From: an uncultured Bacilli bacterium
Lineage (GTDB): Bacteria > Bacillota_I > Bacilli_A > RF39 > UBA660
Assembly: GCA_947625505.1 (NCBI GenBank)
Contig: CANQON010000002.1
Coordinates: forward strand, 73,984-137,983
Length of the DNA: 64,000 nucleotides
Reading direction: 5' to 3'
Shown here piece after piece: positions 56,572 to 64,000 of the stretch (positions are counted from its first letter, which is position 1; each line of letters starts with the position of its first letter). The notes under the pieces are model-generated. The model saw only the letters and a program-made list of their open reading frames with translations. It searched no databases and had not been told where the DNA came from. The translations under genes and the position numbers were made by a program.

Positions 56572-57615
56572 ATGAATAACGAAGAAAAAAAAGTTGAAGA
56601 AAAAAAGGATAATGTAATTAAAACAAATAAAGAAATGGATCAAGATTTAATAAAAAATATTGAAAATTTAGAAGTATATAAGGATGTTAAACCTAAAAAG
56701 AAAAAGAAATTTTGGAAAATATTTCTTGTTATTTTAGTTTGTTTATGTATGGGATTAAGTGTATATGGTGTATACTACTTATCTAGTCATAAAACTAAAG
56801 AAGAGAAAATAGATATGGAAACAATTTTATTTACTGAAGAAAATCTACCTAGAGTAGATGCTTCTTTAGCAACTCAACCTTTAGTCGATGCCGTTATAAA
56901 AAATTTTACAGGTAAAACTGTTAAAGATTTTGGTATTGAATATACTAATACACATCCAGGATATGTTAAATTAATTAATAATGAAGCCGATTTAATCGTT
57001 GTAACAGAACCTAGTGATGAAGAGTTAAAATTAGCTAAGGATAAAGGTATTGAACTAGAAGTTACTAAAGTAGTTAATGAAGGCTTTGTTTTCTTTGTTA
57101 ATATTGATAATCCTGTAGATAATGTTACTTTAGAACAAATACAAAAAGTATATACAGGAGAAATAACTAATTGGAAAGATTTAGGAGGAAAAGACGCTAA
57201 AATAGTTGCTTTTCAAAGACCTGTTAATTCAGGTAGTCAAACAGGATTACTTAGTTTAGTAATGAAAGATAAGAAAGTAAAGGTACCTACAACAACAGAG
57301 CAAATTTCTTCTATGTATGGTATTATCGATGTTGTATCCGATTATGATAATGGAATAAATGCTGTTGGATATTCCTATTATTACTATGCTAATACAATGT
57401 ATAAAAATGATAATTTAAAATACTTAGGTATTAATGGTGTTATTCCTACATATGAAACGATTCAAGATGAATCATATCCTTTATTATCGGCATATTATAT
57501 TGTTACACGTAAAGATGAAACAAATGATAATGTTAAAAAATTAAAAGATGCTATGTTATCTAAACGTGGCCAATTAGTAGCAAAAGAAGCTGGATATATA
57601 CCTTGTATTAAGTAA
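56572..57615 (+). CDS. Membrane-anchored PstS-family (phosphate-binding-protein-like) substrate-binding protein
   Basis: K/E-rich N-terminus, a TM helix, then PBP-fold motifs DASLATQPL, RPVNSGSQTG, GYSYYYY and ESYPLLSAYYIV. Confidence 0.65.
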   Translation: MNNEEKKVEEKKDNVIKTNKEMDQDLIKNIENLEVYKDVKPKKKKKFWKIFLVILVCLCMGLSVYGVYYLSSHKTKEEKIDMETILFTEENLPRVDASLATQPLVDAVIKNFTGKTVKDFGIEYTNTHPGYVKLINNEADLIVVTEPSDEELKLAKDKGIELEVTKVVNEGFVFFVNIDNPVDNVTLEQIQKVYTGEITNWKDLGGKDAKIVAFQRPVNSGSQTGLLSLVMKDKKVKVPTTTEQISSMYGIIDVVSDYDNGINAVGYSYYYYANTMYKNDNLKYLGINGVIPTYETIQDESYPLLSAYYIVTRKDETNDNVKKLKDAMLSKRGQLVAKEAGYIPCIK

Positions 57616-57620
57616 GACTA

Positions 57621-57650
57621 TTGACAAGGTATATTTAAAAATGATATATT
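57621..57650 (+). promoter_or_regulatory. Sigma-A-type promoter with extended -10
   Basis: TTGACA (57621-57626), about 18-nt spacer, TGATATATT (57642-57650). Confidence 0.55.
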
Positions 57651-57655
57651 AAAAG

Positions 57656-57834
57656 TGCTAAAAGATATGGTTTGCTGAATTATGAAAAACCTACTAATTA
57701 ACGTATTGGGAGTTAAAGTAATATATGCTGTGTTGAAGACCTTTTAATTAAGGGATCCTGACGCCTATAGCTTGACACCCACCTGGTAGAACAGGTTTTA
57801 ATCGTTAACTGGCGCCGATCTTTTGGCTTTTTTT
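57656..57834 (+). ncRNA. Unclassified ~180-nt structured RNA (stand-alone sRNA or 5' leader of the acyltransferase gene)
   Basis: Local G+C island. A closing helix GCTAAAAGAT (57657-57666) / GATCTTTTGGC (57817-57827) is followed directly by T7. Internal helices: GGTTT/AAACC (57669-57691), TTAACG/CGTTAA (57698-57703 / 57803-57808), TGGGAGTTAA/TTGACACCCA (57707-57716 / 57772-57781), GCTGT/ATAGC, CCTT/AAGG and CCTG-GTAGAA-CAGG. Confidence 0.55.
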
Positions 57835-57887
57835 ATTGTCTAAAACAGCTTATTTTGTTATAATAGAAAATGTTTGTAGGTGATAAG

Positions 57888-58952
57888 ATGAAAAAACATA
57901 ATGGAACTATCTCATTACTTAAATTTATATTTGCTTTTATTGTTATGATGTATCATTTTCGTATTTCTTTTTTTCCAAGTAATAGGCATTTACTCCCAAT
58001 TAATTTAGGCTATCTAGCCGTTGATTTTTTCTTTATTGTATCGGGATATTATTTTGGCTTAAGTGCTATTAAAGATTGGAATAAAAGAAGTAATATATAT
58101 TTAGATAATCTTAAAATGCTATGGAAAAAAATTAAGAAGTTACTTCCATATAGTATTATTGCCACTATTATTACTTGTATTGGTGTCTATTTTTTAAGAA
58201 ATTTTTCTCTTAGCCAATTATTGCCTAATTTTTTTGGTATGTTTTTCTTATCTAGTTTTGGAATAGGAAATAATCTTGTAGGAACCATATGGTTTATATC
58301 TTCAATGCTAATTAGTATGGCTATAATATATCCATTGTTGAGAAAGTTAAAAGTTAATTATATATACTTTTGGGCACCATTAATTATTTTCTTTGGCTTT
58401 GGTATCCTATATCGTAATTTTAATAACCTTAATATCTATAATATTGTTTTAAATAACTATATATATGGAGGCTTAATAAGAGCATTTGCAGATATAAATA
58501 TTGGTGTGATATTAGGATATGTTATTAAAAATAGTCATTTAACAGTCAAGCCTGTTAAATTATATATATATATAATTACTTTTATTGAATTTTTATTATA
58601 TGTTTTTATAATAGGTATAATATTAATTTATCCAAAAAGCAGTCATTTAGATTATCTACTTATTCCTGTAATTACTTTAGCTCTTACAATAAGTTTTTCA
58701 GAAATAAGTTATTCATCGAAATTATTATCTAATAAGTTTGTTTATTATTTAGAAAAAATATCAATGCCACTTATGTTTAATCATCTTATGATTTTTAAAA
58801 TTTTTGAAGAATTTAATTTTAAAAATTTTTCAAGTACTTTTGTATTGCTTGGATTATCTATCTTAACTATTATTTTTACCATTATTGAATATCATTTATT
58901 AAATTTTATAATACCTAAAATAAATTTAAAAAAGTTTTTAGTAGAAAAGTAA
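57888..58952 (+). CDS. Acyltransferase-3 family integral membrane O-acyltransferase
   Basis: Track ORF is 57870..58952. I prefer ATG 57888, which follows AGGTGAT. About 10 TM helices, with the N-terminal LKFIFAFIVMMYHF motif typical of the family. Confidence 0.75.
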   Translation: MKKHNGTISLLKFIFAFIVMMYHFRISFFPSNRHLLPINLGYLAVDFFFIVSGYYFGLSAIKDWNKRSNIYLDNLKMLWKKIKKLLPYSIIATIITCIGVYFLRNFSLSQLLPNFFGMFFLSSFGIGNNLVGTIWFISSMLISMAIIYPLLRKLKVNYIYFWAPLIIFFGFGILYRNFNNLNIYNIVLNNYIYGGLIRAFADINIGVILGYVIKNSHLTVKPVKLYIYIITFIEFLLYVFIIGIILIYPKSSHLDYLLIPVITLALTISFSEISYSSKLLSNKFVYYLEKISMPLMFNHLMIFKIFEEFNFKNFSSTFVLLGLSILTIIFTIIEYHLLNFIIPKINLKKFLVEK

Positions 58953-58961
58953 AAGAAGGAT

Positions 58962-59765
58962 TTAATTATCCTTCTTTTTAAAATATTCCTTAATAAAATA
59001 TGTTATACCTGAATGATTATTATCTAGAGTTATATATTTAGCTTTCTTTTTTAATTCTTCTTTAGCGTTATTCATAATAACACTATATTTACAAGCATTA
59101 AACATAGCCTGATCATTTATATTATCACCAAAACATATAGCGTTATCTTTTTTTAAATGTAACTTTTTTAAAAGATAATTAATGGTATATCCTTTAGATA
59201 CATGATTTAAATTAATATCAACGGATATAGACTGATCATTATTATCACTATAATAAACATTAGATATATATGTTATATGGACATTAATATCTTTTAAATA
59301 ATTTAATAAATTAGTTATTTTATCTTTATCATAACTTGTAAATACTAATTGATATACCTCAATATTAATCAGTTTATCAATAATGATATTATCACTAGAT
59401 GTAGTTGTTGCGTATTTATTACTATAACGTTTTCCTTTAGTATTTAAAGTTAATCCTATATGATTATCTAAGGAATATTTCCATAATTTATTTAATAAAG
59501 TAGGATTAAATACATCTTTAAAAATGATATTATCTTGTTTATCATACATTAATGCTCCATTATTAGATATTAGATAGTCAACACAACCTAATACTTGAGC
59601 ATATTTACTTACTATTTTATCAAAACGTCCTGATGCTAGAACTATTTTAATATCAATATCATGTAAATAATTAAGGGTTTCTATATCTTCTTTACTTATA
59701 TCTTTATTATCATTTAATAGTGTACCATCTAAATCAAAGAAGGCAATTTTGATATCTTCTTTCAT
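58962..59765 (-). CDS. Cof-type HAD-IIB family hydrolase
   Basis: Motifs IAFFDLDGTLLN and FGDNINDQAMF. The track ORF extends to 59783, but ATG 59765 follows AGGTGAT. Confidence 0.85.
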   Translation of the reverse strand: MKEDIKIAFFDLDGTLLNDNKDISKEDIETLNYLHDIDIKIVLASGRFDKIVSKYAQVLGCVDYLISNNGALMYDKQDNIIFKDVFNPTLLNKLWKYSLDNHIGLTLNTKGKRYSNKYATTTSSDNIIIDKLINIEVYQLVFTSYDKDKITNLLNYLKDINVHITYISNVYYSDNNDQSISVDINLNHVSKGYTINYLLKKLHLKKDNAICFGDNINDQAMFNACKYSVIMNNAKEELKKKAKYITLDNNHSGITYFIKEYFKKKDN

Positions 59766-59894
59766 CTTATCACCTATACTCATATTATAGCATATAATAT
59801 TGTGTTTTTTCTTTAAAAGTAGTAATATATCACTAAGAAGAGGTGAATATTATTTAATATTAATAATTAGTATTAAATAGAATTATAGAGAATT

Positions 59895-60728
59895 ATGAAA
59901 AGAATATTTAAAGGAGTTATAGCTATTATTTTATTGCTTACTTGTTTTCTTATAACTGATTTAGAAGATAGTAAGCCTATTTTATCTTCAACTTATGAAG
60001 AATTACCAGTAACTGATCGCATTCCTATTTTAACATTTCATCGTTTAGTACCTGATGATGTAAAAAAAGAGAAGTATCCAGATAATCAATGGGTTGGATC
60101 TGTTACTGTATTCTCTCAAATGATGGCTTATTTATATGAAAATGATTATACAACGATTAATACTGAAGATTTCTACGAATGGTATATTGGTAATAGAGAA
60201 TATGATTCTAAGACAGTTATGATAACATTTGATGATGGCTTTTATGAAGATTATTATTTAGCTTTACCAATATTAAAGAAATATAATTTTAAAGCTACAT
60301 CATTTGTTGTAGGTAATCGTATTGGTGATATAACACGTCCTTATGATAAAAATGTAACTTCATATTTAGGTTTAGATGTTATTGAAGAAGTACGTAAAAC
60401 ATATCCAAATTTTGAATTTCAAAGTCATTCTTATAATATGCATTATTATACGAAGAATGGTAAACATCGTATTAAAAGTATGAGTAAAGAACAAATATTA
60501 GATGATACCCTTATGAATAGACAGTTTAATTTTACTACTATGGCTTATCCATATGGTGATTATAATAAAAAAATACAAGAAGTATTAAAAGATGAGGGAT
60601 ATTTAGTAGCGTTTAGATTTGGGCCTTCTAACTATGCGACAAGAAATAGTGATCAATACGCTATTCCAAGAATTAAAATAAATGGCTATGCAACTCTAGA
60701 AACAATGAAAAAATGGATAATATTTTAA
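59895..60728 (+). CDS. Polysaccharide deacetylase (NodB homology domain), secreted/anchored
   Basis: Signal/anchor sequence, MITFDDGFYEDYY, and His motifs (FQSHSYNMH). Confidence 0.85.
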   Translation: MKRIFKGVIAIILLLTCFLITDLEDSKPILSSTYEELPVTDRIPILTFHRLVPDDVKKEKYPDNQWVGSVTVFSQMMAYLYENDYTTINTEDFYEWYIGNREYDSKTVMITFDDGFYEDYYLALPILKKYNFKATSFVVGNRIGDITRPYDKNVTSYLGLDVIEEVRKTYPNFEFQSHSYNMHYYTKNGKHRIKSMSKEQILDDTLMNRQFNFTTMAYPYGDYNKKIQEVLKDEGYLVAFRFGPSNYATRNSDQYAIPRIKINGYATLETMKKWIIF

Positions 60729-60783
60729 TAAAAAATAATATAATTTATTATATAAATATATTATTTTTTTAAAGGATGATTAG

Positions 60784-61869
60784 ATGTTTGGATTATTTAT
60801 TATTTTTATTATATTTATTTTAATAGCTATATATTTTTATACTTATTATTATTTAAAACAGATATATATAGCATTAAAACTTAATATCAAGTATTATTAT
60901 ATTATTTTAGCAATTATAAGTATTCTTATAGCTTTATTAAGTTTAAATATCTTTTCTTTTAGCGCCATTATTATATTACATTGGTTTATTTTTGGCGTAT
61001 TTATTAATTTAATCCTTTTAATAATTAATAAAGTTAGAAAAACAAATATTAATTATCGTAAGATAAAACTTATCATGTCATGTGTTTTAACTCTATTAAT
61101 AATGATATATGGCTACTTTAATATGACTAATGTTATTAATACAACCTATAATTTAAAAACAAGTAAGGATCTAGAACAAGATTATAAAGTATTATTTATT
61201 TCAGATTTGCATTTTGGTACGACAATGGATATTCATAAATTAGAAAATATAACAAAGAAAATAAATAAAGAAAATTATGATTTCGCTATTTTAGGAGGCG
61301 ATATCGTTGACGAAAACACATCTCATGAAGAAATGATTAATTGTTTTAAATTACTAGGTAATATTAAAACTAAATATGGTATTTATTATACATATGGTAA
61401 TCATGATACTGAGCCTTATACTAATGATAAAAATTATACAGAAAAAGAATTAATAGATAATATTAAAAATAATAATATTATTATTCTAGAAGATGATATT
61501 GTAACAATTAATGATGATATAATGCTTTTAGGAAGAAAAGAAATAAGTATGGATTCCTTAAGATTAGATACTAAAGAAGCTATAAATAAAATGGATAAAG
61601 ATAAATATTTAATAGTTGTTGATCATCAACCTTTAGATATCTCATATAATGAAAAAGTAGGTTTTAATTTACAATTATCTGGTCATACTCATGCGGGACA
61701 AGTCTTTCCTGCCGGAACTTTTATTAAATTATTTTTAAATGAAGTAGCTTTTGGACATGAAAATCGTGAAAATTATGATATAATAGTATCAGCAGGTATG
61801 GGAGGATGGGCATATAAATTCCGTACAAGTGCTCACTCTGAATACATTACTGTTAATATTTCTGGGTAG
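60784..61869 (+). CDS. Membrane-anchored metallophosphoesterase (calcineurin-like)
   Basis: Three or four N-terminal TM helices. Motifs ISDLHFG, GGDIVDE, GNHD and SGHTHAGQ. Confidence 0.85.
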   Translation: MFGLFIIFIIFILIAIYFYTYYYLKQIYIALKLNIKYYYIILAIISILIALLSLNIFSFSAIIILHWFIFGVFINLILLIINKVRKTNINYRKIKLIMSCVLTLLIMIYGYFNMTNVINTTYNLKTSKDLEQDYKVLFISDLHFGTTMDIHKLENITKKINKENYDFAILGGDIVDENTSHEEMINCFKLLGNIKTKYGIYYTYGNHDTEPYTNDKNYTEKELIDNIKNNNIIILEDDIVTINDDIMLLGRKEISMDSLRLDTKEAINKMDKDKYLIVVDHQPLDISYNEKVGFNLQLSGHTHAGQVFPAGTFIKLFLNEVAFGHENRENYDIIVSAGMGGWAYKFRTSAHSEYITVNISG

Positions 61870-61902
61870 GAGTAACAATTACTTGGAAGAATAAAAAGAA
61901 AA

Positions 61903-61929
61903 AATAAAGATTAATTCTTTATTTTTTTG
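61903..61929 (+). terminator. Rho-independent terminator
   Basis: Stem AATAAAGA / TCTTTATT with loop TTAAT, followed by T7. Confidence 0.7.
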
Positions 61930-61976
61930 TATAAGGAAAAGAAAAAGTTGTCATAAAAGATTGAAAGGAGTCTTTT

Positions 61977-62753
61977 ATGGCACGATATAAAGTTGAAATA
62001 TGTGGTATTAATACATCTTTATTAACTGTACTAAGTAATGAAGAAATGGAAGAATTATTTAAAAAATATAAAAATGGTGATTTAGAAGCTAAAGAGAAAT
62101 TAGTTAATGGTAATTTAAAATTAGTATTAAGTATTTTAAAAAAATATAATAATCGCTCGGATAATATGGATGATCTTTTTCAAATAGGATGTATAGGACT
62201 TATAAAAGCTATAGATAATTTTGATTTAAGTCATGAAGTTAAATTTTCTACTTATGCTGTCCCCATGATCTTAGGAGAAGTAAAAAGATATTTAAGAGAT
62301 AATAATAGTGTACGTATTGCACGTAGTATTAAGGATTTAGCATACAAAATAAGTAAGGAAAGAGAAAAATTAAGCTTACAGTTAGGAAGAGAACCTAGTG
62401 TTCAAATGATATGTCAAAACTTAAATATAAGTGAATATGATTACTTCTTAGCTGATAATTCTCTAAAAGAAAGTATTAGCATGTCAGAGCCTATCTATAA
62501 TGATGGAGGAGATGTCATCTATTTATCTGATCAGTTAGAAGATAAGACGAATAAAGCATATAGTATTGAAGAACGTTTGAGTGTTAAAGATGCATTAAAT
62601 AAATTAAAAGACAAAGAAAAATATATACTTAATTCACGATATATTTATGGTAAAACCCAAATGGAATTAAGTGAAGAATTAGGTATTAGTCAAGCTCAAA
62701 TATCGCGTTTAGAAAAAAGTGGTTTAGAAAATATTAAGAAGATGATTTTATAG
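61977..62753 (+). CDS. sigG: Forespore sigma factor SigG
   Basis: MARYKVEICGINTSLLTVLSNEEMEELF...NGNLKLVLSILKKYNNRSDNMDDLFQIGCIGLIKAIDNFDLSHEVKFSTYAVPMILGEVKRYLRDNNSVRIARS is nearly collinear with Bacillus subtilis SigG as I recall it. Confidence 0.85.
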   Translation: MARYKVEICGINTSLLTVLSNEEMEELFKKYKNGDLEAKEKLVNGNLKLVLSILKKYNNRSDNMDDLFQIGCIGLIKAIDNFDLSHEVKFSTYAVPMILGEVKRYLRDNNSVRIARSIKDLAYKISKEREKLSLQLGREPSVQMICQNLNISEYDYFLADNSLKESISMSEPIYNDGGDVIYLSDQLEDKTNKAYSIEERLSVKDALNKLKDKEKYILNSRYIYGKTQMELSEELGISQAQISRLEKSGLENIKKMIL

Positions 62754-62808
62754 CTTATTTGCTTTTTAATTATTAAAAGAATATAATATTAGATGAAAGG
62801 TAGTATAT

Positions 62809-63651
62809 ATGAAACAATTAAAAATAGAAGTAAAAGAAGATGAAGACTTAGTTAATTATATATGTCATCATAGTGATTACTCTAAAAGTAAGATTAAATC
62901 TTTATTAAAGTATAAGAAAATACGTGTTAATAATCATAAAATAGGAAAGTTACCTTTAAAAGTAATAAAAGGTGATATTATAACTATTGATTTAGAAGTT
63001 AAAGAGGTATTACCTTTTGATATATTATATGAAGATGATGAAATATTAGTTGTTAATAAAAAAGCAGGATTACTTACTATGGCTAATATGTATGATAACG
63101 AAAATACATTATATCGTCTAGTAAGAGAATATGCAAGTAAAAATCATTTCTTAATCTTTATTGTTCATCGCTTAGATAAAGAAACATCAGGCATTGTTAT
63201 GTTCGCTAAAAGTGAAAGAATGAAGATGTTATATCAAGATAATTGGAATGAATTAGTTAAGAAAAGAAATTATTTAGCGGTCGTTGAAGGAATAGTTCCT
63301 AAAGATGGGCGTATTGAAAACTATTTATATGAAGAAAGTAATACTTTCGTTCATAGTTCTAAAATAGGTAAAAAAGCTATTACTAATTATCATATTATTA
63401 ATAGTAATGATAAATATACATTGTTAGATATTAATATTGAAACAGGGCGTAAAAATCAAATAAGAGTTCATATGAGTGAAATGGGATTTCCTATTGTTGG
63501 TGATAAAAAATATGGTAGTAAAACAGATCCTATCCATCGTTTATGTTTACATGCTAATGTCTTAGAAGTAAAACATCCTATTACTAATGAAATATTACAT
63601 TTTGAAACCACTAATAATAATTTATTTGATAAATTAATAAAGAAACCTTAA
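62809..63651 (+). CDS. RluA-family pseudouridine synthase with an N-terminal S4 domain
   Basis: Catalytic motif HRLDKETSGIVMFAK, plus GRKNQIRVH. Confidence 0.9.
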   Translation: MKQLKIEVKEDEDLVNYICHHSDYSKSKIKSLLKYKKIRVNNHKIGKLPLKVIKGDIITIDLEVKEVLPFDILYEDDEILVVNKKAGLLTMANMYDNENTLYRLVREYASKNHFLIFIVHRLDKETSGIVMFAKSERMKMLYQDNWNELVKKRNYLAVVEGIVPKDGRIENYLYEESNTFVHSSKIGKKAITNYHIINSNDKYTLLDINIETGRKNQIRVHMSEMGFPIVGDKKYGSKTDPIHRLCLHANVLEVKHPITNEILHFETTNNNLFDKLIKKP

Positions 63652-63716
63652 TGGTTTCTTTATTGCGTTTATAATAGAATAATGGTATAATTTAATTACA
63701 GTAGAGGAGAGTAAAA

Positions 63717-64000
63717 ATGAATGGGGATGAAAATATAACTAATGAAGTTAAAAAAAAGAAAACACCTGGTATTCTTATACCTATATTATTAGTTGTTTTA
63801 CTAATTATTGTGTTGGAAGTTATTTATTATGTTGTTTTATCTAAACCTAAAACTAATGATAATAAAAAAGAAGAAGAAACAGAAGAAAAAATTGATTATA
63901 GTCCATATTTAAATACGACTAAAGATATTACTCGAAATGGAAAGAAAACTGATATATATAAATATTCTTATTTAGAATATGAAGCGGAATCATATGATAT
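63717..64000 (+). CDS. N-terminally membrane-anchored protein, 5' part (runs off the window)
   Basis: GAGGAGAG RBS, ATG 63717. A TM helix (ILIPILLVVLLIIVLEVIYYVVL) is followed by a KKEEETEEK linker. The frame stays open to base 64000. Confidence 0.6.
   Translation, partial: MNGDENITNEVKKKKTPGILIPILLVVLLIIVLEVIYYVVLSKPKTNDNKKEEETEEKIDYSPYLNTTKDITRNGKKTDIYKYSYLEYEAESYD

Noticed and set aside
57682-57747. A 21-aa ORF (MKNLLINVLGVKVIYAVLKTF) inside the 57.6-kb structured RNA, considered as a possible type I toxin or leader peptide.
   Set aside because: No Shine-Dalgarno precedes it. It is shorter and less hydrophobic than typical type I toxins, and the region is better explained by nested helices. 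I keep it only as an alternative to test with Ribo-seq.
57772-57810. A TPP-riboswitch-like ACCC...CCUG...CAGG segment, and ZTP-like ACUGGCG, in the 57.6-kb RNA.
   Set aside because: The invariant TPP CUGAGA element and the ZTP GGGUCGUGAC / CCGCCUGGGC elements are absent. The resemblance is limited to a few nucleotides.
1-64000. A search by eye for CRISPR arrays, tRNA/rRNA genes, prophage or integrase genes, toxin-antitoxin pairs and known defence-system signatures.
   Set aside because: No regularly spaced direct repeats, no tRNA-like T-arm or anticodon structures in intergenic regions, and no integrase, recombinase, restriction, Cas or reverse-transcriptase motifs were seen in any ORF. A computational scan (tRNAscan-SE, CRISPR finders, DefenseFinder) would be needed to be certain.

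Overview
The window is very AT-rich and uses the standard genetic code (TGA is a stop, e.g. at 22842-22844; Trp is TGG). Almost all genes are on the + strand. It reads as chromosomal core DNA of an endospore-forming Firmicute, because it carries spoIIGA-sigE, sigG and a YjcZ-type mini-protein. Finer taxonomy cannot be assigned from the sequence alone.

Recognisable housekeeping blocks:
- obg, a trmH-family methylase, rimM and trmD
- rpsB-tsf
- uvrC
- the cell-division (dcw) cluster tail murG-murB-divIB-ftsA-ftsZ-spoIIGA-sigE
- an ABC-F ATPase and a ylmH-like gene
- def
- a SEDS protein (FtsW/RodA)
- rpsO-pnp
- sigG and an RluA-family pseudouridine synthase

Accessory-looking content lies between these blocks:
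- two giant secreted repeat proteins (1-5664)
- a Big_2 repeat protein
- many N-terminally anchored proteins of unknown function
- an Rpn/PD-(D/E)XK 'transposase-like' nuclease
- an ABC-2 exporter plus three GNAT acetyltransferases in one operon
- a HAD::acyl-AMP ligase fusion next to a PlsC-type acyltransferase
- a hybrid histidine kinase (HK-REC-Hpt) with a REC-only partner, directly upstream of obg

The signals I consider most interesting are three local G+C-rich structured-RNA islands in non-coding DNA:
1. A tandem pair of ~95-nt aptamer-like elements, each with its own terminator, at 12287-12512, upstream of the ABC/GNAT operon. I cannot assign them to any riboswitch class I know.
2. A good match to the yybP-ykoY (Mn2+) riboswitch architecture at 49062-49187. 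It controls an atypical target, a cytoplasmic transglutaminase-like protein.
3. A ~180-nt multi-helix RNA at 57656-57834 with its own promoter and terminator, also unclassified.

I saw no rRNA, tRNA, CRISPR array, IS element with inverted repeats, or prophage. All family assignments rest on motifs read by eye, and no database searches were run.
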